DNA from: an uncultured Spirochaetota bacterium
GTDB taxonomy: Bacteria; Spirochaetota; B62-G9; DRHN01
Direction of reading: 5' to 3'
DNA: 51,194 nucleotides
NCBI GenBank assembly: GCA_964460545.1
Contig: CAYWUT010000007.1
Span: forward strand, 1 to 51,194
Part shown: positions 27,063 through 36,795 of the stretch, piece after piece
Layout of the letters: every line of letters starts with the position of its first letter
Position numbering within the stretch: the first letter of the stretch is position 1
Translations under genes and position numbers: made by a program
Notes under the pieces: model-generated
Database searches by the model: none
Told to the model about the DNA's origin: nothing
The model's input: only the letters and a program-made list of their open reading frames with translations

Positions 27063-27539
27063 GTGAGTACATTCTCACATCTGGATAAACAGGGCAAGGC
27101 CCGTATGGTCGACATCGGCCCCAAGAAAGTGACGAAGAGAAACGCCCGCGCCCGCTGTGTCGTCCGTATGGAGCCTGGAACGCTTGCGGCTATACGCGAT
27201 AACACGGTCGCTAAGGGTGATGTGCTCGCTGTAGCAAAGATCGCGGGTATACAGGCTGCGAAGAAGACGGCCGAGCTCATACCCCTTTGCCATCCTCTGA
27301 ATACGGAGCACGTCGATATTCTATTCTCTATGCGAATAGAGCGGGGAGAGCTCGAGATCACGAGTGCCGTTTCAGTACACGGGAAAACGGGTGCTGAGAT
27401 GGAAGCCCTGGAGGCGGTTGTGCAGACGGCGCTCACGGTCTATGACATGTGTAAGGCCGTTGACCGCGGGATGGCAATTACAAACATTATGCTCGTGGAA
27501 AAGAGCGGGGGGAAATCGGGGACGTGGAAGAGACGATAA
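27063..27539 (+). CDS. moaC: Cyclic pyranopterin monophosphate synthase
   Basis: FSHLD..G.ARMVD, KGDVL..A.IAGIQAAKKT, LIPLCHP, TGAEMEAL, YDMCKAVD, KSGGKSG. Confidence 0.96.
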   Translation: MSTFSHLDKQGKARMVDIGPKKVTKRNARARCVVRMEPGTLAAIRDNTVAKGDVLAVAKIAGIQAAKKTAELIPLCHPLNTEHVDILFSMRIERGELEITSAVSVHGKTGAEMEALEAVVQTALTVYDMCKAVDRGMAITNIMLVEKSGGKSGTWKRR

Positions 27540-28033
27540 AAATCGCCGTGGTTACCGTGAGTACGCGGTGCAGCAGGGGACAGGCCGAAGATACGAGCGG
27601 CCCCGCCCTGTGCGGGCTCCTGAAACAAAGGGGATACGGGATTGTACGCTATTCCGTTGTCGGTGATGACCGGGCCGCCATAGGGAAGGAGCTCATCGAT
27701 CTGAGCGACCGGACGGATGCAGCTGTAGTTTTTACGCTTGGAGGAACGGGACTTGCCCCGGATGATGTGACGCCGGAAGCCACGGAGGACGTTATTGAGC
27801 GGCGAATTCCCGGAATTCCCGAGGCTTTGCGCGCGGCCGGTCTCATGATTACGCCCCGGGCGATGCTCTCGCGGGGAACGGCGGGGATCAGGAATAATAC
27901 CATTATCATCAATATGCCCGGCAGTGAAAAGGCGGTAACCGAGAACGCGGGCACCATTTTTCCCGTAATCGAACACGCGGTTGCGCTGGTCCTGGGAAAA
28001 GTCGGGGATTGCGGGAGGAGCACTGATGACTGA
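27524..28033 (+). CDS. mog: Molybdopterin adenylyltransferase (MogA/MoaB family)
   Basis: VVTVS, EDTSGP, GGTGLAPDDVTPEAT, LSRG.AG, INMPGS. Confidence 0.9.
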   Translation: MEETIKIAVVTVSTRCSRGQAEDTSGPALCGLLKQRGYGIVRYSVVGDDRAAIGKELIDLSDRTDAAVVFTLGGTGLAPDDVTPEATEDVIERRIPGIPEALRAAGLMITPRAMLSRGTAGIRNNTIIINMPGSEKAVTENAGTIFPVIEHAVALVLGKVGDCGRSTDD

Positions 28034-29009
28034 CGGGCAGGGCCGATTGATAGACTACCTCAGGGTATCCGTAACGGACAGGTGCAATCTCAGGTGCCGC
28101 TACTGCATGCCCGGAGAAGGGGTCAGTTTCATCGCGCATGGTCATATACTGCGCTACGAGGAGATAGTACGTATTGCCGGGATATTTGCCCGTCTGGGCA
28201 TTCGCAAGGTACGGATAACGGGCGGCGAACCGCTCGTCAGGAAGGGACTTCCTTTTCTGTTCGAAAAGCTGGGACGGATTTCGGGCATCGATGAGCTTAC
28301 GCTCACGACAAACGGGACTTTGCTCGCTCCGGTAACCGGCCGCCTTGGGGATGCGGGCGTAAAGAGGGTCAATATAAGTCTGGATTCTCTCGAAAATGCA
28401 TGTTACCGGCTCATCACCGGATTTGACCGTCTGAGGGATGTACACGAAGGTATCGACAAAGCGATAGAAGCCGGTATGGCGGTCAAGCTGAACGTGGTGG
28501 CTATGCGGGGAATAAACGACGGAGAGTTTGTCAGTTTCGTCAGGTTTGCCATTGACCGATCAATTGATGTCAGGTTCATCGAGCTCATGCGGGGCCGTTA
28601 CAACGGGGATTTCGTCCGGGACCGGTTTCTGTCATCCGAAGAGGTATACCGGAGATTATGCGGGGAGTTTACCCTCATCCCCGTTTCTCCTTCTTACGGA
28701 TCAACCACAGAAAAATCGTACTCAGTTTCAGGTACCGCTGTACGGGTCGGCTTAATAAGCGGCGTATCCGACCCTTTCTGCGGACGGTGCAACAAGGTCA
28801 GGCTTATGTCGCAGGGAGTTCTGAAAACATGCCTCTTTGATACCGGCGGAATCAATCTCAGGGATATGCTGAGGGGAGGATTGTCCGAAGAGGAGATCGA
28901 GGAAAAGATAAAAAAGGCGGTGGAGGGCAGATCGGAAGGACCCGCACAAGGAAAGAATCCAGAGGGGCCCGGTGAATCCGAACTGGTCATGCACAGAACA
29001 GGAGGGTAA
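28026..29009 (+). CDS. moaA: GTP 3',8-cyclase (radical SAM)
   Basis: YLRVSVTDRCNLRCRYCMP, TGGEPL, FCGRCNKVR...KTC second cluster, C-terminal GG. Confidence 0.96.
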   Translation: MTDGQGRLIDYLRVSVTDRCNLRCRYCMPGEGVSFIAHGHILRYEEIVRIAGIFARLGIRKVRITGGEPLVRKGLPFLFEKLGRISGIDELTLTTNGTLLAPVTGRLGDAGVKRVNISLDSLENACYRLITGFDRLRDVHEGIDKAIEAGMAVKLNVVAMRGINDGEFVSFVRFAIDRSIDVRFIELMRGRYNGDFVRDRFLSSEEVYRRLCGEFTLIPVSPSYGSTTEKSYSVSGTAVRVGLISGVSDPFCGRCNKVRLMSQGVLKTCLFDTGGINLRDMLRGGLSEEEIEEKIKKAVEGRSEGPAQGKNPEGPGESELVMHRTGG

Positions 29010-29107
29010 GCCCGTTTCAATCGTGCAGCGGGGAAGCAGGTGTGTATGATCGGATAAGAGCCTATTCATGTAAATGGTGAAGAAACGGGATACAGGGAGA
29101 ATTCGAT

Positions 29108-29578
29108 ATGGGAAGTGTTTCAGCGATATGTATAAGCACGCAGAGGGGAGTGAAGAAGAAGAGTGTGCAGTCCGCGAAACTCATTCGGGAGACAGGAATC
29201 GAAAATGACGCCCACGCGCAGGGCGGTGACAGACAGGTGAGCCTGCTCATGGAAGAATCCATAAACAGGGTGCGGGAGCACGGGATTGATGTGAATTTCG
29301 GTGATTTTGCCGAAAACATCGTGACCAGCGGCGTGAACCTGCGGGATGTCCGGATAGGTGACAGGATACGTTTAGGTGAATCGCTTCTCGAAATTACCAT
29401 TATCGGAAAAGAGTGTCATACACCGTGCCATATATACTACCAGATGGGGAGCTGTATCATGCCTGACGAGGGGGTCTTCTGCCGGGTTATAAAACCGGGG
29501 AATCTGTCAGTGGGCGACGGGGTGGAAATTGTTGCTCATAACACGCAGGAGAGCGCTCCACGTGATATTCCCCGGTGA
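29108..29578 (+). CDS. MOSC domain protein
   Basis: GIENDAHA, RQVSLL, GDFAENI, GKECH..C.I, CIMPDEGVF. Confidence 0.88.
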   Translation: MGSVSAICISTQRGVKKKSVQSAKLIRETGIENDAHAQGGDRQVSLLMEESINRVREHGIDVNFGDFAENIVTSGVNLRDVRIGDRIRLGESLLEITIIGKECHTPCHIYYQMGSCIMPDEGVFCRVIKPGNLSVGDGVEIVAHNTQESAPRDIPR

Positions 29579-29600
29579 ATAACAGGGGGGGCACAATCCT

Positions 29601-31064
29601 TCAGGGTAGAACGGCGGACGGGACCGCTTCATCGGGATCGACCTCGATAACATTTCCGATCTCCGAGAGCGGAAGATCGAAGTCCTCATCCCATCCTACT
29701 ACAACGACAAGCAGATTTTGCGTATCGAGATACCTGTACGCAGCTTCCCTGACTTCTTCCGCGGTCACCTCCGAGATTCTCTCCGTATACCGCTCGAGAT
29801 AATCGGCCGGATAACCTCTGAAGTCCAGGAGCCCGTGCCGAAGCGCGATGGTGGCTCTTGAATCGAATCCGAATACGAATGAATTGATTATGGAATCCTT
29901 TACCGATGCGAGTTCGGTTTCGGGGACCGGCTGCTCCCCCATATCCCTTATGGTATCGATCATGAGCATGGCTGTTGCCACGGTACTGTCCGAGCGTGTC
30001 TGCGCGTAGGCAAACCACGTTCCCGGATAGATGAAGCTCGTGAGATCGAAAGAGCTTCCGACCGAGTACGCGAGCCCCCGTTTTTCACGTACCTCTCTGT
30101 AGAGACGCGAGGTGAACGAACTCTCTCCGAGTATCTCGTTCATGACCCTGAGAGAGAATGCATCCGGATGGAGCGGAGTACGCTTCAGGCCCAGGGAGCC
30201 CATGAGTATGGTGCTCTGAGTCAATTCTTTCCGCACGTATACAACAGTTATACCGTCGGAGATATCTTCAAGCTCGGGGAGAGGAGGGCGGGGTAGATGA
30301 TTCGTATTCCAGCCCGAAAAGCGATTTTCAAGAATTTCCAAAAGACCTTCTTCTTCGAAATCCCCTGACGCCGTAACCAGGATGTTTCGCGGATTGAAGA
30401 GGAGGCTGTGAGCCCACTCGAGATCGTCCCGTGATATACTCGTTACACTGTCTACTGACGGATGAATTCCCATGGGATGATGCTCCCCATAGAGACGGGA
30501 TGTAAAGAAGCGCCAGGCCGTATTAAAGGGGTTTTCATTTCGTCTGCGAATATTTTCCGCCTCCCGCATCTTTATCAGCTCGACACGGTCCTGCCTGAAT
30601 GCGGGGTTTTTCAGTATTTCCATGAACAGGTCGAGCCCGTGCTCGATGTCCTCGGCGCGTGTTTCAAGGGTGGCTATTCCGAACTCCCGGTCGAATCCTA
30701 TTTCGATGGTCGCGGCCATGGATTCGAGGGTATAATCCACTTCTTCGGGCGACATCAGCGCGGTTCCTCCGGTCCGCATGGAATCCGCCGTAATCGAAAA
30801 AAGTCCGGATTTGTCCGAAGGCTCCAGAAGGCTTCCCTCGGTAATGAGTATCTTCAGGGTGAAGAGGGGCAGTTCGTGATCTTCCAGGAGATATACCGGT
30901 ATGCCCGTGCTCAGCCGGCGGACGAGTGGAACGGGCGGCTTGAATACGAGCGGGTCGAAATCCAGCTCTTCCGCGGTCTTGGAAAAGACCATGCAGGGAG
31001 TAAGTATAAGAAAAATAAGAACGAGGACGGTTCTTGCAGCCCGGCGCGTCTCAGCCTTTTTCAC
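29601..31064 (-). CDS. M16B peptidase partner subunit (no HxxEH), exported
   Basis: Signal peptide; LEDHELPL, SRLYREVREKRGLAYSV; lacks the zinc motif. Confidence 0.85.
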   Translation of the reverse strand: MKKAETRRAARTVLVLIFLILTPCMVFSKTAEELDFDPLVFKPPVPLVRRLSTGIPVYLLEDHELPLFTLKILITEGSLLEPSDKSGLFSITADSMRTGGTALMSPEEVDYTLESMAATIEIGFDREFGIATLETRAEDIEHGLDLFMEILKNPAFRQDRVELIKMREAENIRRRNENPFNTAWRFFTSRLYGEHHPMGIHPSVDSVTSISRDDLEWAHSLLFNPRNILVTASGDFEEEGLLEILENRFSGWNTNHLPRPPLPELEDISDGITVVYVRKELTQSTILMGSLGLKRTPLHPDAFSLRVMNEILGESSFTSRLYREVREKRGLAYSVGSSFDLTSFIYPGTWFAYAQTRSDSTVATAMLMIDTIRDMGEQPVPETELASVKDSIINSFVFGFDSRATIALRHGLLDFRGYPADYLERYTERISEVTAEEVREAAYRYLDTQNLLVVVVGWDEDFDLPLSEIGNVIEVDPDEAVPSAVLP

Positions 31065-31077
31065 GGGTCCTCCCCGG

Positions 31078-32559
31078 CTACTTGCGAACGAGGACCGCTA
31101 CGGTCCTGTTCTCTTCCATGAAATAGGTGCGTGCAACGCGCTGAATATCCTCCGGCGATATTTTTTTCATTCGATCTTTCCACTGGAGAATGTAACGCCA
31201 TGAACCCGCAGTCCCTTCATACTCGGCGATATGCCGCGCCATACCCTCGTTCGACTCGAGCGCACGTATGAACTGGGTTTCAATGAGCTTGTGTATCCTG
31301 GCAAGCTCCTTTTCCGTAACCGGTTCATTCTTCAGCCGTTCGAGCTCTCTATAAACGGCTTCTTCGACATCCTCCGCACGGGCGGGATGCCGGGGTGCGG
31401 CGGCGATGAGGAACAGGTTTTCTCCCCTGGAGCCCGGGTAACCGCCCGTACCATACGCGTAGAGCGCGATGCCCGATTGCACGATATTCTTGTGGAATCG
31501 GGAGGTCCTCCCGGCGGAGAGCAATCCCGAAATCATATCGAATATGTAATCGTCCTCATGACCGGACGCAGGTTTGTGATACCCGATCAAGACGGACGGC
31601 TCCGCGTCAAAGGCAACTTCGACCCGGCGTTCGGCCGTCTGTTCAGACACGGGCGGGGCTTCAATGGTACGTGCCGCCCGTTTCTCAATCGATCCGAAAT
31701 ACCGTTCAACGATCGCCATTCCGTCCCGCGGCGTAATATCCCCGACCATGATGATGACGATGTTTTCAGTTACGTAATGATCTTCGAAGAAGCGGCGGGC
31801 CTTCTTGACATTCAGTCCAAGGATGTCCCGCTCTGATCCGATAAGGGGATATCCGTAGGGGTGATCGGCGAATGCGGTTTGGAGAAAACGTTCCGACAGG
31901 AGACCGTGCGGATTGTTGTCCACACGCATCCTGCGTTCTTCAAATACCGCGTTTCTTTCGGTGTAGAATTCCCGGAGAACGTTGTTTTTCAGCCTGTCCG
32001 ACTCGAGCAGGGCCCAGAGCTCCACCTTGTTCGCGGGAAGTGAAACCGTATAGAGCGTATAATCACGGGAGGTGGAAGCGTTGAGTCCCCGCGCTCCATG
32101 TCTCGTATACAGGGATTCGTACTGGCCCGGAACAATGAGCCCGCGGTGCTCCTCCTGAAGAGAGGTCAGCGAGGCTTCCAGCCTGCCGATGAACTCCTCG
32201 TCTTGCCCCTCGTTCTTCAATCGTTCCGCGTCCAGTTTTTCCGTCACCCGTTCGATGCGCTCAAGGAGGGGCTTCTCCCTTTCATAATCCGATGTGCCGA
32301 TGGTTTTCGTTCCCTTGAACAGCATATGCTCCAGCATATGCGCCACACCCCTGCTCTCATCGTCTTCATCTATTCCTCCGGCCTTGATGAGTATGTTGAG
32401 GGCAACAGTTGGTATCGTATGCCGTTCAATTACAATAACCCTGATCCCGTTGTCGAGCTGCTGTTCTACAACCCGTTCTTCCAGGGATTGCGCGAAGATG
32501 AGCAGCGGGAAGAAAAAAATCAGTATGACGACCACCGGTATTCGAACCTTCATGATCAT
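31078..32559 (-). CDS. M16B zinc peptidase, catalytic subunit, exported
   Basis: Signal peptide; GVAHMLEHMLFKGT (HxxEH), NASTS.DYT.Y, EERRMR, HPYGYP..G; alternative ATG 32553. Confidence 0.9.
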   Translation of the reverse strand: MIMKVRIPVVVILIFFFPLLIFAQSLEERVVEQQLDNGIRVIVIERHTIPTVALNILIKAGGIDEDDESRGVAHMLEHMLFKGTKTIGTSDYEREKPLLERIERVTEKLDAERLKNEGQDEEFIGRLEASLTSLQEEHRGLIVPGQYESLYTRHGARGLNASTSRDYTLYTVSLPANKVELWALLESDRLKNNVLREFYTERNAVFEERRMRVDNNPHGLLSERFLQTAFADHPYGYPLIGSERDILGLNVKKARRFFEDHYVTENIVIIMVGDITPRDGMAIVERYFGSIEKRAARTIEAPPVSEQTAERRVEVAFDAEPSVLIGYHKPASGHEDDYIFDMISGLLSAGRTSRFHKNIVQSGIALYAYGTGGYPGSRGENLFLIAAAPRHPARAEDVEEAVYRELERLKNEPVTEKELARIHKLIETQFIRALESNEGMARHIAEYEGTAGSWRYILQWKDRMKKISPEDIQRVARTYFMEENRTVAVLVRK

Positions 32560-32689
32560 TAACTTAGTCTCTTGTCCGTTGTCGGTCTACCGCAAAAGGC
32601 CGTTCACCGTTACCTGTGAATGGTGTTTCCAGACCTTTTTCCTTCTATTATTATTTCAGGGAACAATTTATATGAAGAGGATGATTTTC

Positions 32690-33769
32690 ATGGAAAGATT
32701 AAACCACCGGGAAAACCTCCTGCGAATGATCAGGAAGAACGGGGGCGGATGGATACCCTTCACCCTCGATATTGGTGCTATCCCGGGGTTTACACAACCG
32801 GTATTCAGACGGTTCACCAGCGAAACCGGATCGGAAAGACCCGACGAGTACTTCGATTACGATTTCAGAACCTTTTCACTCAGGGGAAGGTTCGGCGGGA
32901 AAAATCCGCGGTCGCTGTACGATGATCTTCCCGAAGACACGGTATTCGATGAGTGGGGAATCGGGCACTGGGCCGGCGGTGCGGAAGGGACGTACGAGCG
33001 GATGTACGCGCCCTTTGCCGGAATCGATAGTCCCGACAGGATCGATCGGCATCCCGTTCCCGTAATCGAGGTTCCAGAGGATGCAAAGAGGATCGAATCG
33101 TACAGGAGCAGGGGATATCCCGTTTTCGGTTATGCGGGAAGTATATACGAGTGGTCGTGGTGGCTCAGGGGAATGGAACGGTTCATGGAGGATTTGATAA
33201 TCCGGCCGAAACTCGCGGATACCGTGGTACGCCTCGTTTCCGTGTATGTCGAAAAGCTTGCATTAAAATCGGCCGAAGCCGGAATAGACGTGCTCTGTTT
33301 TTACGATGATGTGGGCATGCAGACAGGTCTGCAGATTTCACCCGTACTCTGGCGGAGTTTCATCAAACCGCGATGGGTCAGTATAATAAAAAAGGTACGG
33401 TCCGAATATCCCGGGATCCTCTTTTTCCTTCACAGCTGCGGGAATGTGACTGAGATAGTGGGCGATATCGTGGAAGCGGGATTTCACATTCTTCACCCCG
33501 TTCAGCCTGAGTGCATGGATTTCGGACAGGTATGGGAGCGGTATGGCGAGAATATCGTTCTCTGCGGTACGGTGAGCGCTCAGCGAACCTTCTCCTTCGG
33601 GTCGCCCGACGATGTGCGTCAGGAGCTCCGGTATTACAGGGAGCTCTGCGGCCCGGACAAGCGCTGTATACTCTGTCCGTCGAACATGATACAGCCTGAA
33701 ACGCCCTGGGAGAACGTACTCGCCTTTGTGGAGGAAGCCCGGAAGGAAAGAGCGCGGAACCAGGGGTGA
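32690..33769 (+). CDS. URO-D/MtaA-like fold protein (not canonical HemE)
   Basis: DEWG, WWLRGMERF, FYDDVG.Q, LHSCGN, LHPVQPECMD, QPETPWEN; lacks the HemE RQAGR motif; GAGGA RBS before ATG 32690. Confidence 0.75.
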   Translation: MERLNHRENLLRMIRKNGGGWIPFTLDIGAIPGFTQPVFRRFTSETGSERPDEYFDYDFRTFSLRGRFGGKNPRSLYDDLPEDTVFDEWGIGHWAGGAEGTYERMYAPFAGIDSPDRIDRHPVPVIEVPEDAKRIESYRSRGYPVFGYAGSIYEWSWWLRGMERFMEDLIIRPKLADTVVRLVSVYVEKLALKSAEAGIDVLCFYDDVGMQTGLQISPVLWRSFIKPRWVSIIKKVRSEYPGILFFLHSCGNVTEIVGDIVEAGFHILHPVQPECMDFGQVWERYGENIVLCGTVSAQRTFSFGSPDDVRQELRYYRELCGPDKRCILCPSNMIQPETPWENVLAFVEEARKERARNQG

Positions 33770-33807
33770 CAGTTCCCGGAGGAACTGTCACAAAAGGAAC
33801 TGTCACC
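33765..33807. repeat. Dispersed GTGACAGTTCC REP-like element, copy 2 (hairpin)
   Basis: GTGACAGTTCC-CGGA-GGAACTGTCAC 11-bp stem plus a further GGAACTGTCACC unit; spans the gap between two convergent genes. Confidence 0.85.
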
Positions 33808-35293
33808 TTTCGAAGAGGCGGGTGTAGTAGGAGTCGTATCTGAGGCGGACTTTTTCGTACACCCCATGAACAGCGAGGTCCGGCTCGACCCGGGACGATA
33901 TTCTTACATATGGCTCCAGATCTTCCATGCTCCCGGCGATTCCGAGCGCGAGCAGTCCGATGAGAACCGCTCCCCATGCGGCCGGTTCATTCACCTCGGG
34001 TATGAGGAGGTGCTGGCCGAAGAAATCCGCGAGGAGCTGCAGCCAGGCGGGCGATTTGAGTATGCCGCCCGTTACCACGCATTCGGAGCGGGCGTCAGGT
34101 TCGAGCATCATATAGATGGTATGGAGCCGGTAGGCTATTCCTTCCATCAACGCCTTGACAATATGACTGCGTCCGTGAGAGAGCGATAATCCGGCAAGCG
34201 CGGTTTGCGCTGACGGATTGTTGTGCGGAGCGCGTTCGCCGCTCATAAAGGGAAAGAAGACGAGGCCCTCGGCTCCGGGGGGAATGGACCTCGTCGATGC
34301 GATTCTATCGAATATGGTTTCTCCTTCGTCCCGGAGAACGGCGTCCGCGAGCCACTGCATTACGTTGCCGGCGTCATGCGCGACTCCGCCGCCGAGCCAT
34401 TTTCCTTCCGCCATGTAGTAGCACCACGCCTCCGTATCCGGCTGCACTGAAGCGGCAGGAATGAGTTTTCTCAATGCTCCGCTCGTTCCGACCGTTAAGC
34501 TCATTTTCCCCGGATCCAGCCCCGCGCTTCCCAGGTGGGCCAGCGGACCGTCGGCACCACCCGCGATACCGGGTGTTCCGGCAATGAGACCCGTTTTATC
34601 CGCATACTCACGCCGCAAACCGCCGACTTCGCACGTCGTCTCCACAACCTCCGAGAAATTATTTTTCCTGAGACCGACTGTCTTCAATAGGTCCTCGTCC
34701 CAGTCCAGGGTGTGGAGATTCCAGACGCCCGTTCCCGAGGCTGTCGACCGGTCCACCAGGCAGGTGCTGAAAAGCCGGTTCAGAACGTATTCCTTTATGG
34801 ATATAAATAACCGGGCCTTCTTGTATATGTCCGGCCGCTTTTCCCTGTACCAGAGCAGTCTCGGGAGGAAATAGAGGGGATTGAGCGCGCATCCCGTTCT
34901 GTTACGAGCTTCCTCGCGGTCGAGCATCAGCGCGAGCCGGGCCGTCTGTTCTTCGCTTCGCCTGTCCGACCAGATCATTGCCCTGTCGAGGAGTCCGCCT
35001 GAACCGTCCACCGGTACGATGCTGTGGAGTACGCCGCAGAATACGAGCGCTTCGACGGAAGCGGGGTCCGGGCGGTATCGGGAAACGAGGGATGATAGAA
35101 CCGATACAGCTGCCTCCAGTATCTCGTCGGGATCCTGGACCGATGATCCCGACGACGGGAAAAGACAGGTGTGCGGGCTCGATGCGGAGCCCAGGATTTT
35201 CCCCCGTCCTCCCGCATTCCCGGTCTCGTAGAGCAGACCCTTGGTCGATGTCGTACCCATGTCGAGCGCAACTATGTATTTTTTCGAAACCAT
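33803..35293 (-). CDS. gntK: FGGY-family sugar-acid kinase, gluconokinase-like
   Basis: DMGTTSTK, WSDRRS, GGADGPLAHLG, GTSGA.R, PFMSGERAP, EGIAY; exact substrate inferred. Confidence 0.75.
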   Translation of the reverse strand: MVSKKYIVALDMGTTSTKGLLYETGNAGGRGKILGSASSPHTCLFPSSGSSVQDPDEILEAAVSVLSSLVSRYRPDPASVEALVFCGVLHSIVPVDGSGGLLDRAMIWSDRRSEEQTARLALMLDREEARNRTGCALNPLYFLPRLLWYREKRPDIYKKARLFISIKEYVLNRLFSTCLVDRSTASGTGVWNLHTLDWDEDLLKTVGLRKNNFSEVVETTCEVGGLRREYADKTGLIAGTPGIAGGADGPLAHLGSAGLDPGKMSLTVGTSGALRKLIPAASVQPDTEAWCYYMAEGKWLGGGVAHDAGNVMQWLADAVLRDEGETIFDRIASTRSIPPGAEGLVFFPFMSGERAPHNNPSAQTALAGLSLSHGRSHIVKALMEGIAYRLHTIYMMLEPDARSECVVTGGILKSPAWLQLLADFFGQHLLIPEVNEPAAWGAVLIGLLALGIAGSMEDLEPYVRISSRVEPDLAVHGVYEKVRLRYDSYYTRLFER

Positions 35294-35443
35294 CACGAGC
35301 AGAAGGTATACCGGCGGTGGTTTTTGCTCAAGCATTTTCTCGGTCCGCATTCTGCGCCTGCCGATCGTATATTTACCGGACCGGCAAAGGTAATTTTCTT
35401 GACTGTCGCGGCTCAAAGCGTTAAAAGGTGAAGGGGGGTAATC

Positions 35444-36700
35444 ATGGGAGCGGGCAGGTTAAATCTTCAGAGGGGATTGAGCGACCTGGAGATTCGGGAG
35501 GTACTGGAGGAAGGGCTTCCTCCGGAACGGTTCCGGAACAAAAGGGTGCTCGTGCTAACGCCCGATCAAACGAGAACGGCTCCGCTCCCCCGAATGGTTC
35601 GACTCCTTATCGAGCTCGCGGCGCAGGCTTCCCGCCTCGACTTCATGGTCGCTCTCGGCACGCACAGGCCCTTACGGCGGCGGGAGATTCAAAGCCTCTA
35701 CGGGATCGATGAAAACGATGGGGCTTTATCCGGAAAAACCGCTTTCTTCAACCACAGGTGGGACAGGCCGGGGACGCTCGTCAGTACAGGCGTGATCGAC
35801 GGATCTAAAATAGCCGGGCTGACCGGCGGTGTTTTCCGGGACCCCATGGATATCACCATAAACCGGAAAGTGTTTGATTACGATCTCCTCCTGATACTCG
35901 GGCCCGTATTTCCCCATGAGGTCGCGGGCTTCTCGGGCGGCAATAAATACCTCTTCCCCGGTATCTCGGGGGGTGATTTTCTCCATCGGTTTCACTGGCT
36001 GGGTGCGGTCATAACGAGTTGGAACATCATTGGAATAAAAAACACGCCTGTCAGGAAGCTCATCGACGAAGCTGCGCGCATGGTGGATGTCGAGCGGCTG
36101 TGCGCCGCCATGGTCGTGACGCCTGAAAACGAGCTCGCGGGTCTTTTCACGGGTGAGACGGCGTATGCCTGGTCGGAAGCGGCGGACCTTTCCTCCTCGC
36201 TCCACATCGTACGGAAGCGAAAGCCCTTTCACACCGTGCTCGCCAGGGCGTCGGAAAACTACGACGAGCTCTGGACCGCGGGAAAGGCGATGTACAAGCT
36301 CGAACCCGTTGTTGAAGACGGCGGCACGCTCATCATATACGGAAAACACATACATGCGATTTCGCATACCTGGGGGAGATACATCGAAGAAACGGGGTAT
36401 CACGTGCGTGATTATTTTACGGGGAGATTGAACGAGTTCACCGGCGTTCCCCTGGGAGTTCTCGCCCACCTCAGCCATGTCAAGGGGCTGGGGACCTATG
36501 AAAACGGTGTGGAGCGGCCCCGAATCAACGTGGTCCTGGCCACCTCGATCACGGAGGAGCGGTGCAGGCACGTGAATCTCGGTTACCTCGATCCCGATAA
36601 AGTCAGGATCGAGGATTACCGGGGCAGGGAAAGCGAAGGAGTGCTCCTGGTCGATGGGGCGGGCGAGGTCCTCTACCGGCTCGAAGAGACCGCTGAATAA
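35444..36700 (+). CDS. LarA-family nickel-pincer 2-hydroxyacid racemase/epimerase
   Basis: TPDQTRT, LGTHR, NH, PHEVAGFSGGNK (His, Lys at +10) and His 16 residues after the Lys, matching the spacing of L. plantarum LarA H174/K184/H200; WTAGK. Confidence 0.82.
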   Translation: MGAGRLNLQRGLSDLEIREVLEEGLPPERFRNKRVLVLTPDQTRTAPLPRMVRLLIELAAQASRLDFMVALGTHRPLRRREIQSLYGIDENDGALSGKTAFFNHRWDRPGTLVSTGVIDGSKIAGLTGGVFRDPMDITINRKVFDYDLLLILGPVFPHEVAGFSGGNKYLFPGISGGDFLHRFHWLGAVITSWNIIGIKNTPVRKLIDEAARMVDVERLCAAMVVTPENELAGLFTGETAYAWSEAADLSSSLHIVRKRKPFHTVLARASENYDELWTAGKAMYKLEPVVEDGGTLIIYGKHIHAISHTWGRYIEETGYHVRDYFTGRLNEFTGVPLGVLAHLSHVKGLGTYENGVERPRINVVLATSITEERCRHVNLGYLDPDKVRIEDYRGRESEGVLLVDGAGEVLYRLEETAE

Positions 36701-36795
36701 CGGCATCCTGTCAATTTACCGTTTTCATGACCCGAACGGCCGGTATCCCGCATCCACCCGCGGAGCCGGATGTATTTCCTGAAAGGAGAGGGACC

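Noticed and set aside
29601-32559. M16 peptidase pair with an insertion after HxxEH
   Set aside because: Active/inactive M16B heterodimer pairs are a well-known arrangement
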